This document shows, piece after piece, positions 25,501 through 38,193 of a DNA stretch of 64,000 nt. The position numbers and the translations under genes are program-made. Numbering within the stretch: position 1 is the first letter of the stretch; the number at the start of each line of letters is the position of its first letter. The stretch lies in assembly GCA_047967505.1 (NCBI GenBank), contig CM106538.1; one strand, 5' to 3'. This DNA is from Dipteris shenzhenensis. Lineage: Eukaryota. Under the pieces are notes generated by a model. The model did no database searches. It worked only from the letters and a program-made list of their open reading frames with translations, and was not told where the DNA came from.

Positions 25501-26450
25501 ACCCAAAAAAAAAAAAACCCTAACCTAAACTAACCTACGGTTAGTTACTAACTACGATTAGGTTAGTTGGTTAACCTAGGTTAGGTTAAGTTAGTCGGTT
25601 AACCCTAGGCTAGTTAGTCTAACTCAGTAGATTAGGTTAAGCTAGGTTAGTTGGCAGCAACCTAGACTAGGTTAGTTTTGCCTTTGGTTCGGTTAGTTTC
25701 ACCTCACCTCAGTTAACTTAACTGTAGTTAGTTACACTAACTAAGTTCGACTATGGTTAGTCTAACCCTCCCTAGGCTAGGTTAGACTAACTGATTAGTC
25801 TCTAACTAGACAAATAGGTTAGTTAGTCTAACTAGAGTCACTTGGTTTCAACCCCTCAGTTGGACCTAAAGTCCCTTCCCACCACAATTAGGACCCCCCA
25901 AACACAAAATTTACCCCCCCAAACACAAAATTAACCCCTCGAAACTCATCCGTTTGGGACCCAAATTGAACCCCGTTTGAACCCAGATTTCACACACGGA
26001 AACACCACGTTACGAGGTATTTTTCCAGCCCATTGCACACCATTTCGGCATCCCTAGCACACATTCATTCGCGCCCCGTGTGGGCCTCATTTTGCATTAA
26101 TTCAATCGTATTTTCACGCCGTGACCTCCGATTAACGATCCGTCTGCACCGGCACATTTCCTTACACACGTAGGACAATCTTAGGCACATTATTAACACG
26201 ACGGTCCCTACACAAACTAACACCACTCTAACTCTCCTAACAACACCACATCCACAACTGCCCTTGGGGTAGCGACACCCTTGGCAAATCACGCACCATC
26301 TGCATGCAGTTACGTTCCAGCCAACGACTTCGACTCCAACACTCGCCCCATCCGCAACTAACTCCATTGCAACAACCGCCCCTGCCAATCCTCTACCCCG
26401 AATCCCCCCCTGAGATTCAACAACTTCCTTTAACTCCTCCACGCCCCAAC

Positions 26451-28950
26451 ATGGCTGGACGCCGTCATGAGCATGATGGGGATATCGAGCTCGATGCAGA
26501 GGCTAACAACTTCTTCAATCGACGCAATCACAACAATCAAGGCTGACGCCCCTTGGAAAAACTGGAACTTCCCAAATATAATGGTAGGGGAGACCCAGCT
26601 CGCTTCCTCCAGCATTTTGATGCCGCATGTCGAGCAGGTGGTGATCAATCCCATGAAACCAAGGTGGCTTGGTTTCCAATGGCCTTAACTGATGAGGCGT
26701 CAGAATGGTACCTCGACCTTCTCGTGGAAGAACGTGCCACATGGGACCTACTTCAAACTGAATTCAAACGTCGCTTTCAAATGGAGAGGCTACAAGATGA
26801 TCCCGCTCTCCAACTCAGCAAGATCGAACAAGGCCGGAGGGAAGATGTACGCACATACCTGGGAAAGATGAAGAGATTGATTGCCAAATGTGACCCATGC
26901 CCAGATGCAAAGTACCTCACGGCATGGTTCATAGCAGGTCTACGAAAGAAAATCCGCAAGGATATGAAAAAGATAAGTAGCTATGAAACATTCAGTGCTG
27001 CTCATGCGGCAGCCATTGACATCGAAGATGGCATGACAGATTCAGACACTAGCAGTGATGATGCCAGATCAAATACACGAGATAAGTGCTCGAAAAAAGG
27101 TAAATCAAAGGACACTGCCGAAACATCCAATGAAGATCGCCTAGAGGCCATGACCTTGAAGCTGAAAGAAGATATGATGCAGGCCATGGATCAAAAACTC
27201 CACTTGTCTCAGACGCCAACTCAAACATATCCACGGCGAGAAAATGTCTGGTGCCCACACTGCTTGGCAAATCATACAGCAAATGAATGCCCAGTCCTAA
27301 GAGCAAGGATCACTGCACAAGCAAATCCACCGCCATGGTTGTGGTGCCATATCTGCATCATCGGCGGCCATGATGAGACCAGTTGCATCTTCAACATGCA
27401 CAACAATCCGCCTCGACCACCACAATACCAAGCGGCATGCCAGTATACAGGCAACCGGCACTTGCACAAGTGCCCCTAGCTCCGAGACTAAATCCTGTTC
27501 CCATTCAGACACAAGTCCCACAACTACTGAGGAATCCGAATCCACGACCGTATCCAAGAGCACCAAATCCAGCTCCTCAGACAGTTCCCATACATCAATT
27601 ACAAGCCGAGGAAGTAGACTCGCTATTTGAGTATGAAGCAGAGTACCTAGTGTACTATGTAGAAGGTGTAGAGGGTCTCATACCAGTCTATGCAAATCAA
27701 GTGCGACCCAACACATATCAAGCACCAATCAAGTGTTACGGTTGTGGAGAAAATCATAGGATCGCAGAGTGCCCTCATCGTGGTAGCCCAGCCACTTTCC
27801 AACCACTCTACAGAGATTGTGGCATAGGACATGCCTGTATGGATTGTCCCATGAAAAATAAGGTCCCAGAACAAACAGAGGTTAAGCCTGACATCCCCAT
27901 CGGCATCATTGGGGTGGACCATCAAAGTCTGGGTCCGGCAAGTCTAAGGTCACAACCTATCAATGTAATTACACGCCAACAGAAAGAGGCCACGAAGGAC
28001 CCTATCATTCCAATCCAACCGAAGCGACTTCTGAAAAAGAAAGCACAAGTGCCTCCACCTCTGCCAAGCAATGAGCAGCCGAGTTCATCCACATCAACTC
28101 CCGAGCCTCGAATAAAAGACGCACCATTCCCGAATGCAGAGGTGGAGAAGGCTCGTGGGTTCAAAATGAACAAGCTCAATTTGAGGCTCAGAAACAAGCT
28201 CAAGACCCACTAAATGACTTGGCCCCACAAAGTATTGATACTGTACTCGAGCCTTTGTTCCAACAACAGACTCCACAACAGAATGTACCGCCACGTCAAC
28301 TTGAAGGAGCTGCACTCTCTAGCATCCTGAGTTGCCCTGTGTCAATTCCCATCGGAATCCTCTTACGGAATTGTCCCAATCTCTGGGAGAGTTTCAAAGG
28401 ATGGATTGAACTCGCAAATCCCCCTCCACCTATGAACGACATTGAAGATATCCCTGTGCGGATGGGTGAGAGAGATGACATATGCAACATCACTATGCCT
28501 TTGATCCACAAGGCATATAATGAAGTCCAAGCCATAGTGGATGGTGGAGCAGGTGTCAATGTCCTATCAAAGGAGCTCTACGAAGAATGGGGTCTCCCAC
28601 CAATGTAAAAGGCTATTTCAACATACGCCTTGCCGATGATTCACGGGCTAAACCCTTGGGAATAGTGAATGGCGTGTCACAAAGATCGCAGGAGTACACT
28701 TTTCCCTTCAATTCACAATCTTGGATCTCCCCAAAAAATCCTATCAAATCTTACTGGGACGTCCTTGGTTACGGGAAGCATCAATCCTCCATGACTGGGG
28801 AACGGATAAATTGACAATCCAGAATCGAGACACTGCAGTCAAGGTGAATGTGGGGACAGGAGCTATTAAACCAATTGTTCCTAGAGCATTGAATGACACA
28901 TCTTCCACGACAATCTCGAGCAAATTAGATCCCTTGCAACAGCATGCTAT
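26451..28950 (+). pseudogene. gag: G1 gag-protease (disrupted)
   Basis: ATG 26451; LELPKYNGRGDP..FPMALTDEASEWY gag core; four CCHC-type knuckles; IVDGGAGVN protease; ILLGRPWL; stop at 26544 and frameshifts. Confidence 0.92.
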
Positions 28951-28963
28951 GGTGACTCACAAA

Positions 28964-29210
28964 CTCGGGGGGGTCACTATGTATAAACCCTCTATATCAT
29001 GTGCGTTCAAGGCCTATATTTAAAGTCCCTTATCTGTAAAAAATTTCATTAATAAAATGTACCCCTTTTCTATACAAATCTGTAAATTTTTCCCAAAACT
29101 ATTTTAAATAGTCCCTTATGTATATTTATTTCTATAAATTTTAGAAATAAAAAAAATTCTTCTGTTGAACTCACGTGATAGGGTTACATATGATGAGTGA
29201 CCCCCCCGAG
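28964..29210. mobile_element. MITE copy 2 (247 bp)
   Basis: Perfect 15-bp TIR CTCGGGGGGGTCACT/AGTGACCCCCCCGAG; perfect 8-bp TSD CTCACAAA; paralogous empty site in G2 at ~41990. Confidence 0.95.
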
Positions 29211-30142
29211 CTCACAAAGCAATGTCAATAACTGGATACAAACATTGGCAACCATCGACAACTGCCATTCATTAGACCCCATTTTCTCACAGATAGATGT
29301 TAACGCACTACAGGTCGATCCTCCACCGACACATGAAGAACCAATCGATCTAGAGATGCCATTCTTTATGGCTAACCTCGAATGGGATAATGAACCTGAA
29401 GAAGTTACCCATACCAATGATGACTCAAATTTTCCTTGGGACCTTGAAACAGAGGCTACGAATGCTGCAATTGAAGATCAAATCTTTGATAATGACCTAG
29501 CCATTCTGCATGCCCTAATGGCAATTGAGCTCCCAAAAGTTGAACCTCCATACTTGAATAACAGCAGAAGATCCCGCAAGAAAGCTGCAGGAGGAAATCG
29601 CAGAAAAGCCAAGGCCGAGCACTTCAATGAATTCGAACGAGTCCAAACAAGGATTGTCGAATTGTACCTTGCAAAGGCAGTTCCCTCAAAATCAAAACCA
29701 CCACCTCTTGAATGGTCCCCTGAGGGACTGGAAGGAGTATGTGCAGCACATGAACCCTTACTTGGAAACACCTTACCAGTGGAAAAGTTACCCCACAGTT
29801 CCCAACGTAAGAAGTTTTGGAAATATAAGCCACATGTGCGGATGGAAGCTCGATCAAGAGACTTCAGAAAAAGAAAGGAAAGAAGAGCCTAACCAATTAA
29901 TAAATGCAACTATGCCACCCAATACACATGACACATGTCAGGCTAGTTCAACCCCCCATCAGAGGCCGATCTTCGAGAAGTGCCGGAATACTTTAAGAAT
30001 TATACAAGTGGTAGTGCACCAATAGCAATGCCAAGACCAATCAGAAGTTCAAGAAACCGATAGCATCGGAGAAACTCCAATCTATGAGGGACCGGCAAAA
30101 ACACGCACAATAAACCTCGCCCTTGAAGGGGAGGAAGAAAAA

Positions 30143-32925
30143 TTGGTTTTCATTGGGAAACAGCTCCGTCAAGAAGATGAAATCAAACTCAAGGACCTCC
30201 TAATGGAATACCGTGACTGCCTAGCATGGTCGTACAAAGAGATGAAAGGAATTTCACCAGAAGTGGCAGTTCACACGATACCTATAAGGGAAGGTGCTCG
30301 CCCTAAGGTATGTGGACCTTATCACACAAATCCTAAATATGGCACCATGGTTTATGACGAGCTGGAAAAACTCCTAGATGCCAGATTCATCTATGAGATA
30401 GAACACACTGATTGGGTTTCACCCATTATCATTGTGCCTAAACGCAACAAGAAGCTCAGAATATGCGTAAACTTGAAAAATGTGAATGCCGCCACAATTA
30501 GGGATCACTACCCCCTACCCTTAACAGAAACAATGTTGGAAAAGGTGGCAGGATCCGAAATATATAGCTTCTTGGATGGCTTCAGTGGCTATAACCAAGT
30601 GCAAATTGCTCCTCAAGACCAATCAAAAACAGCATTTGCTACAGAATGGGGTATTTTTGCATATAGAGTCATGCCATTCGGCCTTTGTAATGCCCCAGCC
30701 ACATTCCAGCGAGTCATGTTCACAGCTTTCAAGTCATTTTTGAATAAGTTTTTACAGGTGTTCTTGGATGATTTGTGCATCCATTCAACCAAACAGGACC
30801 ACTTCAAATGTTTGGAAGAAGTACTAATCAAATGCAGGGAGTATGGCATCTCCCTAAATCCAACAAAATGCCAGTTCATGGTCACCCACGGAGTTGTTTT
30901 GGGACACATCGTCTCTCAACATGGGATTGCAACTGACATGGACAAAATCAAAATCATCATGGAATTGCCTCCTCCTACAAATTCCAAAGGTGTACAAGTA
31001 TTTATGGGACATGCCGGCTATTATAGAAGATTTATATTGCGGTATGCCATGATAGCTAGACCACTTTACAAATTATTAGTGGAGTTCTTATGGACCGAAG
31101 AGTGCGACCAAGCCTTTGAGCTTTTAAAATGGCACCTAATCACAGCACCCATCCTTATATCTCCCAATTGGGATATTGATTTTCATGTTCATACTGATGG
31201 ATCCAAGTATGCAATTGGGAGTGTGCTTTGTCAACCTAGTGAACATAAGAAAGACTACCCCGTCTACTTCTCCAGTCGACAACTCAATGATGCAGAGATC
31301 AACTATACAACCATAGAAAGAGAAGCCCTAGCAATGGTGTATAGTGTAAAGAAATTTCGGCACTATCTACTCGCAAATGATTTTGTCTTCTACCCCGACC
31401 ATCAAGCATTGCTTTATCTTGTGAATCGTCCGTGTACCACAGGAAGAATAACCAGATGGCTCCTCTTGCTGCAAGAATTCAACTTCAAAATCGTGGTCCG
31501 CAAGGGTGCCCAACACTACATTGCCGATCACATGTCTCGAGTCAAGACAGGAGAAGAAGCCACTGGAGTAGAAGACGACTTACCAGATGCCACACTATTT
31601 CAAATAGATGCTATTCCAGAATGGTGTGGAGATATCATTGGGTACTTGATGGCAGGAAAACCACCCCCTGACATGAAAGCAGTAGATGCCAGAAAATTGA
31701 TTCTAAAAGCTGCACCATATCAACTCATTGCAGGACAACTATACAAGATGGGCAAGGACCAGATATTAAGAAGATGTGTAATGCCTCATGAGATCCTACC
31801 AATCCTGAGTGAAGTCCATGAAGGCATTGCAGGAGGACACTTCCAAGGGGAAGCCACAGCAAGAAAAGTTCTCCTCGCAAGCTACTGGTGGCCAACACTG
31901 TGGGCAGATGCCTATGAATATGTAAAAGGCTGTGATGTATGCCAACGAACTATTAAACCACAACACAAAGACTTCAATCCCCTAACAACAGTTGTTGCAC
32001 AACAACCTTTTGAAAAATGGGGGATTGACTATGTGGGTCCCATACATCCAGCAACAAAAGGAAAACAGGCACGCTACATCATTGTGGCCACTGATTACTT
32101 TACAAAATGGGCTGAAGCTAAAGCAGTCAGAAAGGCAGATGCCAAAAGCACAGCAAGATTCTTATACGAACATGTGATCACCCGATTCGGATGCCCCCTT
32201 GAAATTGTGTCGGATAGAGGCACACATTTTGTCAATGAGGTAATCCAAGAACTCTTGTCTGGCTTCATGGTCATCCATAGAAAAAGCACACCCTACTACC
32301 CCCAAGGGAATGGACTAGCAGAATCCACAAACAAAATCATATGCAATATCCTCACCAAGGTAGTAGAACCACAGCGTTCTAATTGGGCAGAGAAACTGAA
32401 TGCAGCCTTATGGGCATACAGAACCACATTCAAGGTCAGTATAGGGAACACACCTTTTCAATTGGTGTACGGCCTCGAAGCCGTGGTCCCACTCGAATTT
32501 GTAATACCAAGTCTATGCATCGCAGTGTACAGGAACGCATGGGTGATCATGAGTCCTTGAAAGAAAGGCTCTGTCAGTTGGAAAAGCATACAGAGACAAG
32601 ACTCGTCGCTTATCATGCCATGACAACAGAAAAACGTCGAAGAAAGGCATGGTTTGACAGGAATCTGAAAGCTAAAGACATCAAGGAAGGCGCCTTAGTC
32701 CTATTATACAATGCCAAAGTACACAAGGGAAAACTGAAGTATCTAGGTCAAGGACCCTACCGAGTACGAAAGATGAATCCCATCGGAGCTGTGCTACTTG
32801 AAACACTAGATGGAGTCCAATTCAACACAACAATAAACGGGAGCCGACTGAAGCGCTACTACATCAACACGCGAGCCATCCCCGACAAAAACGAAGATTT
32901 GGGAAACCAAGTCTTCCTTAGTTAG
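30143..32925 (+). CDS. pol: G1 pol: reverse transcriptase, RNase H, integrase (one frameshift near 32520)
   Basis: LDGFSGYNQ, VMPFGLCNAPATFQR, FLDD; HTDGSKYAIG, NYTTIEREALA; H-H-C-C zinc finger, WGIDYVGP, SDRGTHF, QGNGLAE, GPY motif. Confidence 0.96.
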
Positions 32926-33259
32926 GATTAGATTGTATCATGAGCACTCACTTGCATATGTACGTCTTCGCACATATAGGTAGCATCAATCGATTTTACC
33001 TAGAGCTCAGAAGTGATGATGAGTTCTAGCTGCCCTATGAAAATCCCAGCAAAAAAAGCATATAGTTAGTCCCTACTTAGCTACTAGGTCACGTGTACTC
33101 ACACGCTTTCGCTTAGACACATAGATGATTGCATGAATAATTGTACCACACACTTTCATTCCACGCTCTCAAAGGATGTATAACCAAAAAAAAAAAAGGA
33201 TCTCTCTCCCACACACACACAGAAAGGTCATACAGGCATGCCAATCAATTTAATGATCA

Positions 33260-36200
33260 ATGGTACACTACATGTACATGGATGCACGTTCAGAAAAGAT
33301 GCCGCCACTAAAGAGGATGCGCAGAAAGAGCCCACCGCCTCAACCATGGGACCCCCTCCAGAGTTCGCAGCCATCTACATCCTCTCAACCAAGGAGACCA
33401 CAGGCATTCGTGGTCCAAAGTGATAGCTCCGAAGAAGATTCAGTGCATGATCAAGCAGAACAAATGCCACCCCAGTCACAGCCGGCCTACACAACCGTTA
33501 ACAAGGCCCAATCATTGGAACTTGTCTGGCCACCCACATCGACTTATGCTCTTTCCCAGGAAGCAACATCTTACTTAGAGCAACGGGGTCTAGGCAATTT
33601 GCATGAGAGCCTCAAATCCTTGGAAGACAGTCCTATCATGACCACCTACATCAAGGACTTTCTCCACTCTTACTACTCCAGCAATGCAACGGATGGCAAG
33701 TACGGTACAATCACTGTACAGCAGAGCCCATTGAACATTATCCTCGACAGTACGGTCATTCAAAGGGCTTTCTCACTGCCAAAACAAGGTGGCCAACACC
33801 CTAAACGGTCTGCTGATGCAAAGTTTATCGAAGTACAGTCTCTCCTCACCAAGGGTACCCTGATCCATAGAGATGGCATATTGCTTCACACAATCCTTGA
33901 CCCTCGCCTCAAGGAAGTAGCACAATTTCTATCCACAATCCTGGGAATAAAGAATGGCAAGGAACACTCCCTTCCACTCCGCACATTTGTTTTGCTGAGT
34001 AGGAAGCTAAAACAAGACTGGGTCCAACACTTCGTCATTTTCTTTACCAAAAAACTCGATGGTTCTTCAGGCCAGAAATGTAAAATTCCGCACTTATTGG
34101 CTATAATCATCAAAAAAGAACTACAAGAAAGAGAAATGACTCTGCCCCCCAGTCTCCAAAGCCAATTGAGGAGTTGGACATACCCTTCTCACCAGTATGG
34201 GAGCCGTCATCAACTGCTCTAGCTATCACATTGATAAGTACAGATGCCTTAACAGAAGTACCTATTCTGGAAAGCAGGATTGCGGAATTGCCCCAGGAAA
34301 TGCTATAGCTCGGTGCACAACTACAACCACTAAGTCTCCACCAATAGCACCGACCCGAGCTCGAACCCGAGCTCGAGACAAGGTTGGCACCCGAACCTGA
34401 GGAACGATCAGCACCAGAGCTTGAGACCACATCAGCACTCGAACCGCCCATCGACGCCATGCCAGTCGATGAGCCCAAGGAGAGCTAGTGCCAGATCAGC
34501 AGTATGATTATTGTACACAAGGGACTGAAATGTCATTGGAACAACCTCCCCCAAGTACTACAGAATCATCGGGATGGCTACATGGGCACCACTTGTATCA
34601 ACAATATCGCCAGACCTCATCACCATCTGTCATTCTCCAACATCAAGCTAGCCAAATGATCCAAATGTCAGAACTCTTCACTAGCTTGGCTAAGGAAGCA
34701 TATGCAAGAGAATTGGAAAGGCATACGGCATCAGAAATCGAAGACCAATTCCAGGCAATCGCCATAGAGGTCAAGGCACTTCGGGCACAGATAGATGAGA
34801 AGGAGGTAGAAGAAGTGCGCATGAACCAGGCTCTCCAAGCTCAAGAGAAGGCCGTAAGGGATGTGACCTCCAACCTCCACCAAAGTCAAACACAGTTGAC
34901 TGCGGCAGTAGAAGCAATGGCAATCCTATAGACCTCCTATAACTCCCTGACATCTGCACATGCACAACAAATAGAGGTAGTGGCACAAGCTCGACTCACT
35001 CTCATTCACAAAGAAGAAGAGCTCTAGGATTGCAAAGACAAGCTTGAAGACATGAAACAAGTACGTGCCTTTAGCATTGATGAGCAAGGGAATGCCGACT
35101 CTTAAAAGACCAACTTGCTACTGTTCAAGAGGCCAGCACTTCACAAGCCCAGGTCTTGGACCAATGGTCCAATACCACTGAAGACATTCCTCAACAGGCA
35201 AAGGTCACCTTGCAAATGAAAAAGCTTAAGGAGGCATACACAACCATCTACCATCAGTACAAAGAAAAAATGAATGAGATGCACTCCCAAAAAATAGCCA
35301 TCTCCAAGCTTGAACTCCAATTGCTAGTGCACAACAATGAAACATTGGAAGACAACATCCATGCCACTCCACTACAATGCACAACCGTGGTGTACAAAGA
35401 GCTTGTGGCTGCTCTACAAGTGGAAGATCACCTCAACGCATGCGTGCTTATCCAATGGAAGCAACTCCAAATCAGGATCATATCTGCTCATCCAACAATC
35501 AACTGGAAACGATCAATCGGGATTAAAACCCTGCGCATAATTTGCCAAGACTTGTCTGAAGATGAGAAGAATATCTTCTGCCTGTCTACACATGCCGGGT
35601 TTATAACACTCAGGATGGATGCTTTCATTGCATATGTCTGCCTCATGGGTAGTCCTCCCCTCAAGGTTATTGCAGGTTTGTTGCCATTGCTACAAAGGCC
35701 ATCCCTATTATTTGCACAGCACGACATAGCCGACATCCAACCCATGCAGTTGATCATCCCATCGCACCAGCCAAAAGAAGTGTCGGAAGATGACAAGGCC
35801 TATCTCACATCCAACTTCCCATATCTAACCACTCTTTCTGCCAACATCATAACCTCACTTCCCCTTGCTGCTACCACCCTCTTGAGCTTCCCCGAGCTCC
35901 ATCCTAACATCTATTCCTCCATCATCTCTTTGCTCATGCCTCTCACCATTTTCAACTTACCCAACAGTCACAAACTTACGAGCCCCTCACACCTAGCTTT
36001 TTCCCCTCCCTTGCTAGTCCTACCCTTGAGGATTACCAAGCTGCTCACCCCTCCGGCCCCGTCATCACCTCCGACACTTCTGGTGCTTCCATCAGCAAAA
36101 AATGATGCAGTATTTGATTTTAAATATCAGGATCTAGATAATCCAATTCGTACACCCATGCCAAGTTCCAATGATGGGTATGATTTTGATGAGATACCAC

Positions 36201-36914
36201 TTCCCAGTAACCCCATCAAGGAATTTTGGAGCAAATATCCTGATATGAAAACTCGCGGTGGATGGACCCTGGGTAACTTTCCTACCAACCTTTGTTAGCA
36301 TCAAATAAGTGAAGGTTGGATTAGCAAATTGGATCCACAACAACCTGATTGGCGCCATCCCAAGCTCTTTGATGTAATCTTCTTAAAGGATTACTTACGG
36401 GCACCTCCATGTCTCAGGACCCATCCCAAGTTCTATGCAGTTCCACGGCATAAAAAATGGTATGCCAACATACACACTTTGGCTGAAGATCGAGTCATTA
36501 ATTGGCCAATGATCGAACCCTACTCTGGTGTAGAATGGAATATCCAAGGCACCATGATCCGAGCACTTCAGCAGCATGAACAAACAATGCGCGGCAACAT
36601 TGATCGCTTCCTTCGCCAAAGTGCCATATTCTGTAAAACATTAGAATTAATTCTGGAGGTCCCATGTTACCTTGATTCCCATTTGCCTCCACTCAGCTTT
36701 AATCCCAATGAACGGATTGATGCTCAGATTACAAGCCCGACTCTATCAAAGAGTGATCTTCTTGGAGGCACGCCACATATCTCTGTTCGAGCAAATGGTA
36801 GATACAGGCTACCTGGAAACTGCGCAAAAATTGTATGGTGCTAAGGCTCTACAGCAGGATCGACTGGCACGACACAAGTTCCACAGCCACTGGAGTAAAA
36901 ACATGGCAACCTAG
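33260..36914 (+). pseudogene. G1 extra 3' ORF (~1200 codons when fragments are joined), function unknown
   Basis: Sense fragments 33260-34222, 34488-34931, 35156-36298, 36329-36844 and 36672-36914 link through single stops or frameshifts. The N-terminal block resembles the Athila-ORF/Transposase_32-like pattern; coiled-coil in the middle. Confidence 0.7.
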
Positions 36915-36972
36915 GTACGTGATCGCAATAAGCCATAACCCGAGGACGGGTAATAAAATGGATCTGGGAGTA

Positions 36973-38193
36973 TGTTGACTCTGTGCCAACATGAACTTAT
37001 GAAGAAAGAGAAGGTGTTACAACTTTGTGATACAACTTTGTGTTACAACTTCTAGACACAACTTTGTGTTACGACTTTGTGTAACAACTTTGTGTTACAA
37101 GTTTGTCTACATGAAGAGAGAGAATGTGTTACGACTTTGTGACACAACTTTGTGTTACAACTTTGTGTAACAATTTTGTGTTACAACTTTGTGTTACAAC
37201 TTCTACATGTAGAGAGAGAATGTGTTACAACTTTGTGTTACAACTTTGTGATACAACTTTGTGTTACAACTTTGTGATACGACTTTGTGTTACATGCAGA
37301 GAGAGAAGCTCTCCAACTTGTATAAATACCCCATAATGGAATGAAGCCCACACTCTTTGGGGCATTGTGTTGTCTACTTTGGTATTCCAAGCATTTGTCT
37401 CAAGTGTCCATGCTTCCTTGCACTGCACGTCCAAAAGCATGTCCTAACCTTGCAACCCTTCTCCCCTCTCCTCCAACCCTGCAACCCAACCTCTCCCTCT
37501 CCTCCTCCCTCCTCCTCCTTCCTCCTTCTCCTCCTCCTCCCTCCTCCTCCTCCTCCTCCCTCCTCCTCCTCCTCCTCTCTCCTCCCCCTCCCTCCTCCTC
37601 TTCCCTCCTCCTCCTTCCTCCTCTCTCTTCTTTCACCCATGCTCTTACACCTTCTTCCTCTCCCACTCCTATGCTTTCCTAAACCCTTAAACTCCATGAT
37701 CTACGAGGGAGACAAGTTCTCCACCATGTACTCTACTTTGAACCTTGGAATCCTCCTTCTAACCCTGGACTCCTTCTAAACCTTGGAACCTCCTTCTAAA
37801 CCCTGGAACTCTTTCTAAACCCTAGAACCTCCTTCTGAACCTTGGAACTCTTTCTGAACCCTAGAACCTCTTTCTGAACCCTGGAACTCCTCCTAAACCC
37901 TGGAACCTCCTTCTGAATCCTTAAACTCCTCCTAAACCCTACAACCCCCAATGAAGGCGAAAGCCTTCATTACCTCAACAAAGATGGTTTACGTGCCTTT
38001 TACACATGCTTGCACTTTGTTTGCTTACCACACTTAAGCCTACGTCTCTCACCGGAACACGACTCGAGGTCCTAAGCTACACATATACTACAACCGACAA
38101 TCCCAATATATCTGTAGGTGACAAAAAGCCTCGGAACCCTGCAAACATAGAATACCCAGCTCTTCCTACGAAAGCAGTAGGAAAGAGCCAACA
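36973..38193 (+). repeat. G1 3' LTR
   Basis: Direct repeat of 21889-23120, followed by TSD CCGAT. Confidence 0.97.

Larger units (their letters stand above)
21889..38193 (+). mobile_element. Full-length Ty3/Gypsy element G1 (non-chromovirus, Athila-like)
   Basis: LTRs 21889-23120 and 36973-38193 (TG..CA); perfect TSD CCGAT; tRNA-Asp-type PBS; gag-PR-RT-RH-INT order; no chromodomain seen; extra 3' ORF. Confidence 0.97.

Noticed and set aside
23640-25533. Long Pro-rich / Gly-rich ORFs resembling extensins
   Set aside because: They arise in several frames on both strands of a C-rich low-complexity UTR tract that lacks stop codons
28530-28565. Protease motif DGG instead of D(S/T)G
   Set aside because: Conserved in G1, G2 and G4, and DGG-type motifs occur in other plant non-chromovirus Gypsy elements; neither a defect nor a novelty
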